Source of the DNA: Acidobacteriota bacterium
Lineage (GTDB): Bacteria; Acidobacteriota; UBA6911; RPQK01; JAJDTT01
Assembly: GCA_965209055.1 (NCBI GenBank)
Contig: OZ242374.1
Span: 1,888,001 to 1,952,000 of the forward strand
Direction: 5' to 3'
Length of the DNA stretch: 64,000 nt
The notes under the pieces are model-generated. The model had not been told where the DNA came from and did no database searches. It saw only the letters and a program-made list of their open reading frames with translations. Of this stretch, positions 27,193-36,004 are shown one piece after another. The first letter of the stretch is position 1, and each line of letters starts with the position of its first letter. A program made the translations under genes and the position numbers.

Positions 27193-28446
27193 ATGGGTCG
27201 AAAAGCTTTCCTTGCAAGTTCCTTGATGCTGGCCCTGGCCACTTCATTTCTTCCCGGACAGCAGAATTCCATAGGCCGGGGAGACCGTGAAGGGCCAAAC
27301 CGGCAACCCGGGGGAAGAAACGTCGACGGGCCGGCCGAGCAGGTCTGGAGCGAGCGGGCCGGAGAGATGCGAGACCGGAGAATGCCCAGGCCCATGTTCC
27401 TCGCCGGCAAGGTGGTGACCGAGGACGGGGGGCCGGTCCCCGAGACCATCGTGGTGGAACTGGTTTGCCACGCATCGGTGCGGCAGCAGGTCCATACCTT
27501 CAAGGGAGGGCAGTTCAGCTTCGACCTGAGTCCGAATCCAAGCTCCGCGTTCCTCGATGCCAGCGTCGCGCGCAACGACGCCGACAACGTGAACCCCTTC
27601 GCCCGGGTTCCGGGAGGCGAGTACACCGCCGGTGGAGATCAGGTGGACCTGTCCGGCTGCGAGGTGAGGGCCAATCTTCCCGGCTTCGTCTCGGACCGGA
27701 TCCAACTCGGGCTGCGAAGAGCTCTGGACCGTCCCGACATCGGCGCCATCGTCATCAAACGCCGGGAGGGCGTCGTCGGCTCCACTGTGAGCTTCACCGC
27801 CCTGGCGGCGCCCAGAAAGGCCAGGAAGGCGTACGCCAAGGCCGAAAAGGAACTGAGAAAAGAAAAGACGAATCTGGACAAGGTTCGGAAGGAGTTGGAG
27901 AAGGCGGTCCGAGCCTATCCCAAGTACGCCACCGCCTGGCATCTCCTGGGTCTGGTCCGGATGGACCACCAGGACGAAGAGGGGGCGCGGCAAGCCTTCG
28001 AAGCCTCCATCGAGGCGGATGAGAATTACATTCGTCCCTATATATCTCTGGTGGACATGGAAATCCGCGCCGGCGACTGGCCGCGGATTTCCGAACTGTG
28101 CGGGAAGGTGGTGGAGTTGAACCCCTTCATGGTGCGGTGCCGGTACTACCACGCCGTGGCCAGTCTGAACCTGGGCCGGATGGAGGCGGCGGAAGCGTCG
28201 GCCATCAAGGTGCAGGAGAGCCAGGATTTCCGGTTCCTGTCCGGAAGCCACTACATCCGGGGAGCCGTCCTGGCCCGCAGGGGGGACTTCGAGTCGGCCG
28301 CAAAACAGTTCCGGCATTTTCTGAAGATCGCTCCGGAAGGCCGGGGTGCGGCCCGGATCAAGGAGAATCTCGTGGCCTGGGAGCGGCAGGGCCTGATCCA
28401 GGCCGATAAACCATCTCTCACCCAAGCCGGACAAACATTCCAATAG
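27193..28446 (+). CDS. Secreted TPR protein, paralog 1
   Basis: Signal peptide; beta domain LAGKVVTEDG; TVSFTALAAPRKARKAY; TPRs; GGAGG SD. Confidence 0.8.
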   Translation: MGRKAFLASSLMLALATSFLPGQQNSIGRGDREGPNRQPGGRNVDGPAEQVWSERAGEMRDRRMPRPMFLAGKVVTEDGGPVPETIVVELVCHASVRQQVHTFKGGQFSFDLSPNPSSAFLDASVARNDADNVNPFARVPGGEYTAGGDQVDLSGCEVRANLPGFVSDRIQLGLRRALDRPDIGAIVIKRREGVVGSTVSFTALAAPRKARKAYAKAEKELRKEKTNLDKVRKELEKAVRAYPKYATAWHLLGLVRMDHQDEEGARQAFEASIEADENYIRPYISLVDMEIRAGDWPRISELCGKVVELNPFMVRCRYYHAVASLNLGRMEAAEASAIKVQESQDFRFLSGSHYIRGAVLARRGDFESAAKQFRHFLKIAPEGRGAARIKENLVAWERQGLIQADKPSLTQAGQTFQ

Positions 28447-28469
28447 ACACGCAGGCAGGCGGCTCTTTC

Positions 28470-29675
28470 ATGTGCAGAAACAAACTGACCCGGTTCCGGC
28501 TGGCGGCGTTGCTGGCCGGGCCGCTGCTGTTCGTGCCCGTGTCTCCGGCCCAGAACGTCCGGCCGGGTCCTCTGTTCGGGACGACTGACGACCGGCCGCA
28601 GGACGCCGACCTCACCGGTAGAAGCTTCGATGACAACCGTTTCGAGGTCCCGAAGCGGCTGCTGCTGGCCGGACAGGTGATCCTGGAGGACGGAAATCCC
28701 CTCCCCGAGTCCCTGAATGTCGAGCTGGCCTGCGGCGGCTCGGTCCGGCAGGAGACTCACACCTACGGAGACGAAGGCCGGTTCAGCTTCGAGTTGGGCG
28801 GCAGCGGGGGGTCCAACAACCGCGCCGGAACGGGCTCCGACACCTTCGATCCCTTTTCCCGCGTTCCCGGGGAACGCCAGGACGCCCAGAGATTCGATCT
28901 CAGCGGTTGCGTGATCCGGACGGCGCTGGAAGGTTTCCGGTCCAACACCATCTCCCTGGGTGTCCGCAGCTACATGGACAGCTCGGACGTGGGAGTGATC
29001 GTACTGAGGCGCCTGGAACACGTGGGCGGTTCGACGGTCAGCTTCAACACCCTCGCCGCTCCCAAGAAGGCGCAGAGGCACTACCGGGAGGCCGACCTGG
29101 AGTTGAAGAAGCAGCAGGGGGACGTCCAAAAGGCCATCCGGCACCTGAAAGAGGCCATCGAACTCTACCCCGAGTTCGCCGCCGCCTGGTACCTCCTGGG
29201 CCGATGCCACCATGCTCTCCGGGACCGGGAGACGGCCCGGAAGCATTTCCGAAGGGCGGCGGACGCCGATCCCAAGTACCTGCGGCCCTACATGTTTCTG
29301 GCCATGATGGCGGTCCGGGATGAGTCCTGGGAGGAAGCGGCGCGCAACTGTGACCACGTCGTCGGCCTGAATCCGCATATCATGCGGGCCCAGTACTTCA
29401 GCGCCGTCGCCAACCTGCAACTGGGCCGGCTGGACCGGGCCTTGAAGTCGATCAAGGCGGTCCGGGAGAACGGCTCCAAGAGATACCTCGCCGGAAGCCA
29501 CTACGTCCACGGAGCCATCCTGGCGCAGAAAAGGGACTTCGCCGGCGCCGCCCGGGAGTTCCGGAACTTCATCGCCCTCAAATCAGGCGACAAGGCTTCC
29601 CGGGAACTCCAACAGAGGCTGGCCGCCTGGGAGCAGCAAGGCCTGATCCGGCCGGAAAGGAGCGGCGACTTTTAG
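28470..29675 (+). CDS. Secreted TPR protein, paralog 2
   Basis: Colinear with paralog 1 (LAGQVILEDG, DLSGC, GSHY, AWEQQGLI). Confidence 0.8.
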   Translation: MCRNKLTRFRLAALLAGPLLFVPVSPAQNVRPGPLFGTTDDRPQDADLTGRSFDDNRFEVPKRLLLAGQVILEDGNPLPESLNVELACGGSVRQETHTYGDEGRFSFELGGSGGSNNRAGTGSDTFDPFSRVPGERQDAQRFDLSGCVIRTALEGFRSNTISLGVRSYMDSSDVGVIVLRRLEHVGGSTVSFNTLAAPKKAQRHYREADLELKKQQGDVQKAIRHLKEAIELYPEFAAAWYLLGRCHHALRDRETARKHFRRAADADPKYLRPYMFLAMMAVRDESWEEAARNCDHVVGLNPHIMRAQYFSAVANLQLGRLDRALKSIKAVRENGSKRYLAGSHYVHGAILAQKRDFAGAAREFRNFIALKSGDKASRELQQRLAAWEQQGLIRPERSGDF

Positions 29676-29776
29676 TCGCCGGGAGGGGGGGTAGCGGAAC
29701 AGAGTCCCTCTCTCCACTTTCCATCCAGCGAGTCGCGTGGCAGCAGGAAACAGGGGGGACTAACAGTCCCCCCTCC
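29659..29776. repeat. REPIN-like inverted pair overlapping both convergent stop codons
   Basis: GGAG-CGGCGACT-TTT-AGTCGCCG and GGGGGACT-AAC-AGTCCCCC-CTCC. Confidence 0.75.
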
Positions 29777-31566
29777 TATTCGGCGATAAACGTCATCTCC
29801 CACTCCCCCACCTTGGTCAGAGGCGTCGAGGCATGGACCAGGTTCGGTTCGCCGGCCTGAATCCAGTCGTCCAGCTCCTGCATGTGGCCGAGCCGACGGA
29901 GGTGCTGGTAGGACCCCGCGTCGATCTTGTCGACGGCCCAGGTCTTGGAGCTGTCCCAGAAGGCCAGGTAGGGAACGCCGGCCTTCAGGAGCTGGTGGGC
30001 TTTCCTCCGGTACTGTTCGGGCATCAAGACCCTGGGCATGACGTTGAGTGCCAGCTCGCATTCCGTTCCCCGAGTCAGCGACAGCCAATACTCGACGTCC
30101 CCGGCCCTCTCCCAGGCCAACTCCCAACTGAAGAGACCCTCGGCCGAGGTATAGGGGACGACGCCGTCGATGAGTCCCTCGCGGATCCAACCGGGCACGT
30201 CCATGGCATAGAAGAGGTTCTCCTCTTCGCCGCCGAAGACCCACGCCGACAGGGCCGGCGGCCGGGAACGTCCCTGGCGGCGGGCCTGCCGGTGCATCCT
30301 CTCCCGGAGCTCCCGCATGAAACCGGTGAGAACGCTCGCCCTGAAACGAAGCCAACGCGGATCTCTCTCGTCGATCTCCCGGGGGTCCTGGCCGTGCTTC
30401 TCCCGGAATCCATCCACCACCGGAGGCTCGTACTCGACATACGGAGGCCGGCGATTGTAGAGGATCGAGATCCCGTCGACGGGATACCCGGCCATCTCCA
30501 GGAAGAGCGAGATCAAAAACTCCCGGGTCTCCGGGTAGCTCAACGAGATCCGGGGCGCCCGGCTGCCATCCCGGCGCACCGCCCTCAGTTCGGGATGCCG
30601 GTCGTAGAATCCTCCCCGGTTGATCTGGTCGAAGGGCGGGGAGAAGTGAAACGGCCCCATGCCCTCGCAGAACCGGTAGCTGGCGTGGAACTCGAGTCCC
30701 AGCTCGTGGCTGTAGTCGATGGCGACGCGGAAGGGATCGATCCCCCGCTTCTCGTATTCGGCGAAGTTCTCCACGATCCGCCGGTAGGCGGGAACCGGAT
30801 AGTCCTCCATCCGCGCGTATTCCGGAGTCCAGGTCCTGGCGACCCGGCTGAAGTAGGAGCAGAGGTCGCCGGCGGCCCCCTCCCAGTAGATCCGCTTGAA
30901 GTCGGTGTGCCGGTAGGCCTCCAACTGGTCCCGGATCGCCCCCTCGCCGGCATCCCAGGCGAAACCCGAACCCCAGTCCTGGGTGGCGAAGAGCCTTCGG
31001 GTGCCGGTCTGTTTCCGGTCTGATTGAAGCGCCGTGACCTCATCGGCATCGAGGGGGACCAATTTGATGTAGGCAACCCAGACCGTGTCGCAGGTGCTGC
31101 GGCAGGGATGGCCGTCGGGGATCAGCTCGGTGGCCACCTGCTTGAAGCTCAGGCGCTGTCCCGTCAGGTCGGCGGTCCTCCAGAACAGGTCCTGGATCAC
31201 CTGACCCTTCTCGACGTCGGGAGCCTGGAGAAAGAGGCAACTGAAGGCGGGGTCTTCCGTCAATTTCACCCAGAGGCGCTGATCCAGGTACGGCCTCCAA
31301 GCGGTATTGAACAATCCCAGGTAGACATCGTGCCACCCTTCGAGTTCCAGGGGATATTCCACGGCGGCGGCCGCCGTCTCGGGTCCGGCCCGCAGCATGA
31401 TGCCCTTGAAGTGCTCCGTCTCGTAGTCGATCATCCGCCAGCCGAAGAGCCGGCCCTCCCGGCTCAGCGCCGAGGCCGGCAGGCAGCGATCCAGATCGGA
31501 CAGGTACCGAGGGGAATTCCGCCGGGCAGGCCCCATGATCTCCGTTGCTTCCGGTGGACTCGTCAT
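29776..31566 (-). CDS. Hypothetical protein, glycoside-hydrolase-like TIM barrel (GHL10-like)
   Basis: IDPFRVAIDYSHELGLEFHASYR, LSYPETRE, VDGISI and WIREGLIDG pattern; 596 aa with typical codon bias. Confidence 0.55.
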   Translation of the reverse strand: MTSPPEATEIMGPARRNSPRYLSDLDRCLPASALSREGRLFGWRMIDYETEHFKGIMLRAGPETAAAAVEYPLELEGWHDVYLGLFNTAWRPYLDQRLWVKLTEDPAFSCLFLQAPDVEKGQVIQDLFWRTADLTGQRLSFKQVATELIPDGHPCRSTCDTVWVAYIKLVPLDADEVTALQSDRKQTGTRRLFATQDWGSGFAWDAGEGAIRDQLEAYRHTDFKRIYWEGAAGDLCSYFSRVARTWTPEYARMEDYPVPAYRRIVENFAEYEKRGIDPFRVAIDYSHELGLEFHASYRFCEGMGPFHFSPPFDQINRGGFYDRHPELRAVRRDGSRAPRISLSYPETREFLISLFLEMAGYPVDGISILYNRRPPYVEYEPPVVDGFREKHGQDPREIDERDPRWLRFRASVLTGFMRELRERMHRQARRQGRSRPPALSAWVFGGEEENLFYAMDVPGWIREGLIDGVVPYTSAEGLFSWELAWERAGDVEYWLSLTRGTECELALNVMPRVLMPEQYRRKAHQLLKAGVPYLAFWDSSKTWAVDKIDAGSYQHLRRLGHMQELDDWIQAGEPNLVHASTPLTKVGEWEMTFIAE

Positions 31567-31682
31567 CGCCTCCTCTCCGAGGCGGGGAGCGAGATTGCCG
31601 GACCTCCCGTAGCCGAAACTCCTGTTGCCACGAATTCGCGTCGATTCATCGGCGAATTCTACCTACAATCGTCTATCTGAAC

Positions 31683-32735
31683 ATGCGTCTGTTGACTCGT
31701 TGGCACAGGGAACCGGGGGCGCGGGTCGAAGGGTCAAGGGATCTGGACCGGTCCAAGGTGCAGGCGCCCGGCGTGGTGGTGGTTCCGTCGGGCGGGTTCC
31801 GCCTCTTTTACACCGCCGTGGGACCGGCCAAGCCCTTCCCGGAGTGCCAGGGCTACATCCTCAGCGCATTCTCCCACGACGGTCTCCGATTCCGCCCTGA
31901 GCCGGGAATTCGGGTGGCGCCCCGGCCCGGCATTCCCCACCTGTCGCTGCGGGTGCTGGCCCCTTCGGCGACCCGGACGGACGAGGGCCATTGGCGGATG
32001 TATTTCGAAGCCAGGGGACCCGCTCATGAACCGACCGTGATTTGCAGCGCCGTCTCCCGGGATCAGTTGGAGTGGGAGTACGAGGGCGTCCGGCTCCGTT
32101 CCCAAGGAGGCGTCGGGGCGCCCCGTTATGTTCCCCTTCCCCAGGGAGGAGCGCGCCTCTACTGCTGCGCCTCGGAATACGGTCCCGGCGGACCGGGCCG
32201 CAGCGAACGGGTGGCCCACCACGTGGTGAGCGCAGTGACTCGCGACGGCCTCGACTTCGAGTGGGAGTCCGGCGTTCGGCTACGGGACCTGCGCGGGGAG
32301 ACGGACGAAATAGGAATCACGGCGGCCGACGTGATCCCGCCGCGGCGGGCCGGAGGGGATTGGGTCATGGTCTTCTCGGCGTGGCAGGACCTCCCGCCCG
32401 GGGCCGTCGCTCCTCCGCATCCCAGCGAGGAGGTGGACGCCGTGGCGAGCGGCAGCAGCCGCGACTTCGCCGCGGCCTCCATCGCAGCCGACATGGCCGG
32501 TTACCGGTCGCGCATCTACACCGCCACCTCCAGGGACGGCCTCCTCTGGGAGAGGCGGACCTGCATCGTCGAGGGAGCCGGCTACGGCGGTCCGGGACCG
32601 GATGCGGTCCATGCCGAGGACATGTCGGTGATCCGGCTCGGCGGGAACCGTTACCGGATGTACTACGCCGCCTGCGACCAAGAAGGGACCTGGAGAGTCG
32701 CCAGTGCGGTGACTTCCTGCGAATCATCCGGTTGA
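31683..32735 (+). CDS. Hypothetical beta-propeller glycoside-hydrolase-like protein
   Basis: Repeated SxDG(L)x(F/W) blades; RMYF/RMYY strands. Confidence 0.55.
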   Translation: MRLLTRWHREPGARVEGSRDLDRSKVQAPGVVVVPSGGFRLFYTAVGPAKPFPECQGYILSAFSHDGLRFRPEPGIRVAPRPGIPHLSLRVLAPSATRTDEGHWRMYFEARGPAHEPTVICSAVSRDQLEWEYEGVRLRSQGGVGAPRYVPLPQGGARLYCCASEYGPGGPGRSERVAHHVVSAVTRDGLDFEWESGVRLRDLRGETDEIGITAADVIPPRRAGGDWVMVFSAWQDLPPGAVAPPHPSEEVDAVASGSSRDFAAASIAADMAGYRSRIYTATSRDGLLWERRTCIVEGAGYGGPGPDAVHAEDMSVIRLGGNRYRMYYAACDQEGTWRVASAVTSCESSG

Positions 32736-32779
32736 ACCGGGCCGCGGGTCCAGGGTTTCAATTCGGACCCCCATCAAGG

Positions 32780-35700
32780 ATGATGGCGCACATGAAGAGA
32801 AAGAATGGGTTCCTGTTCCGCCGGGTCGTGCCTGTTTTGTGCCTGGCGCTGCCGGTGTCCTGCGGTCCCGAACCGGCTGAGACGCCCGAGGAACGTTTCA
32901 AGCGGATCGTGGACATCTCCCGGGACGATGCCGCCCTCGGCGAGTACCTGAAGAAGGTTCCTCCCAAGACGCCGGCCGAAGCCCTCGAGACCTTCGAGAC
33001 GGCAGACGGGTTCCGGTTGGAGCTGGTGGCGCACGAGCCCATGGTGAACGAGCCGGTGGCGGCCACGTTCGACGAGAACGGGCGCATGTACGTCGCCGAG
33101 TTGAGACACTATCCCTACCAGCCGGGTGATGGCGAGGCGCCCCGGGGACAGGTCCGGCTGCTGGAGGACCAGGACGGGGACGGCCGCTTCGAGGTCAGCC
33201 ACGTCTTTGCCGACGGGTTGATCTGGCCCACCGGCGTCGCCGTCTGGAAACAGGGGGTCTACGTCTCCGCACCTCCCCACGTCTACTACATGAAGGACAC
33301 CGACGGCGACGGGAAGGCCGACGTCCGGGAGGTCGTCTTCACCGGATTCGGCGTCACCAACGAACAACAGATGGTGAACAACCTGATCTGGGGCGTGGAC
33401 CACAAGATCTACGCCTCGACGGGCGGCGACGGCGGCTACATCCGGCCGGGAGACCAGCCGGAGGCCGAGCCCATCTCCGTCTACGACCGGGATTTCCGGT
33501 TCCACCCCGTGACCCGTGACCTGGAGTTGACCACCCAGACATTCCAGTTCGGACACAGTTTCGACGACTGGTACAACCGCTACGTCTGCACCGCGGGTTC
33601 GTCGGGCCGGCACGTGGTCATGCCCGGCGGCTACCTGCAGCGCAACCCCTATCTCTTCTTCGACCTGCACGGCTTCCACTGGGAGGGACACGGCTCCCTG
33701 GAGGTGAATCCACTGGTGCGCGGATCGACCCGGGTCTACAAGATCAGTCCCGTCGAGCTCTGGCGGACCATCCGGGAAGCCCGCCGTGTCTTCGCGGGGC
33801 GGAGCAATCGCAGCGCCGGCGTGGGACACGACTACCAGACCGCCGGCGCCGGGGTGCAGATCTACCGGGGTCACGCCTATCCCGAAGATTACCGGGGAAG
33901 CCTCTTCATCGGCGCCAACACCGCCAACCTGCTGCACCGGAGAGTCCTGGAGGAGGACGGGGTGAGCTTCAGATCGGTGAGGGGCGAGCCGGAGAACGTG
34001 GAGATGGTCCGTTCCACCGACAACTGGTTTCGCCCCGTGAACTCGGTCAATGCGCCCGACGGAACGCTCTACATTCTGGACATGTACCGGGAGTTGATCG
34101 AGGCGGCCCACGTCCCGGCCCGCGTGGTCAAGCATCTGGATTTCACCCGGGGTCAGGAACATGGCCGCATCTACCGGCTGGAGCCCGACGGGTTCCAGGT
34201 CCCGCCGCGGCCGCGTCTGGGGGAGGCCGCCACGAGGGAACTGGTCGGCCACCTGGAGCACCCGGGAGGCTGGTGGCGGGAAACGGCCCACCGGCTCATC
34301 TACGAACGCCAGGACCGGTCGGCGGTTCCCCATCTGGTCCGGCTTTTGAACGAAAGCGAGAAGCCGCTGGCCCGAATGCACGCCCTCTGGTCACTGAACG
34401 GACTGGGAGCTCTGAAGGACACCCATCTGATCCAGGCCCTGGCCGACCCGTCACCGGGAGTCCGGGTACACGCCGTGCAACTGTCCGAGGCCCGTTTCGG
34501 CCGCTCCCGGTCTCTGTTCCGAAAGGTGCTGGCGCTGGCCGAAGACGACCACCCCAAGGTGCGTTTTCGGGTTGCCTTGGCCTTGGGTGAGGTCCGGGAC
34601 CGCCGGCCCATTTCCGGACTGGTTCGGATCGCCGAGCGGGACTCGGGCGACCGCTGGACTCGAAATGCCGTTCTGAGTTCCAGCAGCGAGATCGCCGACC
34701 GGATTTTCGTCCGGCTGTTGGAGACGGAGGGTTTTACTGCCAAGCCGGAGGCCGGAGCCTGGTTGGAGCCGCTGGCCCGCACCGTGGGGGCCCGCAACAA
34801 CGCCTCGGAGATCCGGCGGCTCGCCGGGGCGGCGGCCACCCACGCGGCCATGTCCGATACCGTGCGGATGCAGCAGGTGGTGGTCACCGGACTGGCGGAG
34901 GGCCTGGCCATCTCCAACCAGTCTCTCGCCCGGGTCCGAAGTCTTTCGCGCCCGGCCGCCCGGATGATACGGGACCTCATGAGCAGGGTTGCGGAAATGG
35001 CTGGAGACGAGTCGGTCCCCGTGGAGGAGCGTCTGGAGGCCATTCGACTCCTGGCCCACGGCGCCTTCCCGCAGGTGCGGGACTCTCTCGCCAAACTTGT
35101 GGAGTCCAGCCAGACCCAGGCGGTGCAGCTCGCCGGGATCGAGGCCCTGGAGCGTCACGACGCCCCCGAAATCGCCGGCATCCTGCTCCAGGATTGGACG
35201 GCTCAGACGCCCGACGTTCGGAACCGGGTTCTGACCGGCCTCCTCTCCCGGAGGCCCTGGACGCGCGCACTGCTTCAGGCCGTTCAGGAGGAACGGGTCG
35301 CCGCCGGCCAGCTCAACTCCAGCCGCCGTGAACTCCTCATGAACCATGACGACGAGGCGATCCGGGATCAGGCCAAGACCCTTTTCGCCTCCCGGACGGA
35401 CGGCACGCGGCAGCAGGCCCTGGCCGACTACCAGGTCGCGCTGACCCTCGAGGGAGACCGGACTCACGGAGAAGCGGTCTACCGGCGCGAGTGCGTCCAG
35501 TGCCACCGTCTCTCTTCCACGGAGCACCTGGTGGGGCCCAACCTGATCATGGGCTCCTACAAGGACCCTGAGCCGCTTCTAACCAATATTCTCGATCCCA
35601 ACCGGTTCGTGGAGCCCCAATATCTCCAGTACGTGGTGACCGACCGGCAGCGGCGCCTCTTCACGGGCATCATCACCGACCAGAACTCGGAGAGCATCAC

Positions 35701-35971
35701 CTTGATGGAGGGGGAAGACGTCCGGAACACCGTGTTGCGCAAGGACATCCTGGAGATGCGGGCCACCGGCAAGTCGCTCATGCCGGAGGGTCTCGAAGAG
35801 AACGTCACCCCCCAGGAGATGGCCGATCTCATGCGGTTCATACTGGATTACCAGTACGTGATCGGAACCGAGAGCGCCGGCTACGGGCCGGGATATGAGA
35901 TCTACGAGCCGCTGGCCACCCGCCGCTGGAGACCCCCCGAGGAGGAGAGACGAGAGATCAGGGATCGGTAG
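32780..35971 (+). CDS. PVC-type membrane-bound dehydrogenase with HEAT repeats and C-terminal cytochrome c
   Basis: GFRLELVAHEP, DGDGKAD, WFRPV...PDG.LYILDMYRE; HEAT repeats; CVQCH; SLMPEGLE. Confidence 0.9.
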   Translation: MMAHMKRKNGFLFRRVVPVLCLALPVSCGPEPAETPEERFKRIVDISRDDAALGEYLKKVPPKTPAEALETFETADGFRLELVAHEPMVNEPVAATFDENGRMYVAELRHYPYQPGDGEAPRGQVRLLEDQDGDGRFEVSHVFADGLIWPTGVAVWKQGVYVSAPPHVYYMKDTDGDGKADVREVVFTGFGVTNEQQMVNNLIWGVDHKIYASTGGDGGYIRPGDQPEAEPISVYDRDFRFHPVTRDLELTTQTFQFGHSFDDWYNRYVCTAGSSGRHVVMPGGYLQRNPYLFFDLHGFHWEGHGSLEVNPLVRGSTRVYKISPVELWRTIREARRVFAGRSNRSAGVGHDYQTAGAGVQIYRGHAYPEDYRGSLFIGANTANLLHRRVLEEDGVSFRSVRGEPENVEMVRSTDNWFRPVNSVNAPDGTLYILDMYRELIEAAHVPARVVKHLDFTRGQEHGRIYRLEPDGFQVPPRPRLGEAATRELVGHLEHPGGWWRETAHRLIYERQDRSAVPHLVRLLNESEKPLARMHALWSLNGLGALKDTHLIQALADPSPGVRVHAVQLSEARFGRSRSLFRKVLALAEDDHPKVRFRVALALGEVRDRRPISGLVRIAERDSGDRWTRNAVLSSSSEIADRIFVRLLETEGFTAKPEAGAWLEPLARTVGARNNASEIRRLAGAAATHAAMSDTVRMQQVVVTGLAEGLAISNQSLARVRSLSRPAARMIRDLMSRVAEMAGDESVPVEERLEAIRLLAHGAFPQVRDSLAKLVESSQTQAVQLAGIEALERHDAPEIAGILLQDWTAQTPDVRNRVLTGLLSRRPWTRALLQAVQEERVAAGQLNSSRRELLMNHDDEAIRDQAKTLFASRTDGTRQQALADYQVALTLEGDRTHGEAVYRRECVQCHRLSSTEHLVGPNLIMGSYKDPEPLLTNILDPNRFVEPQYLQYVVTDRQRRLFTGIITDQNSESITLMEGEDVRNTVLRKDILEMRATGKSLMPEGLEENVTPQEMADLMRFILDYQYVIGTESAGYGPGYEIYEPLATRRWRPPEEERREIRDR

Positions 35972-35976
35972 GGGCA

Positions 35977-36003
35977 GGAGTGGGGACATTCCTGTCCCCA
36001 CTC
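35977..36003. repeat. Single GGAG palindrome (REP) between convergent genes
   Basis: GGAGTGGGGACA-TTCC-TGTCCCCACTC. Confidence 0.7.
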
Positions 36004-36004
36004 T

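Noticed and set aside
32042-32779. N-terminal extension giving a 1309-aa dehydrogenase
   Set aside because: Arg/Gly-rich off-frame read of the 31683-32735 gene; the signal-like leader begins at about 32780
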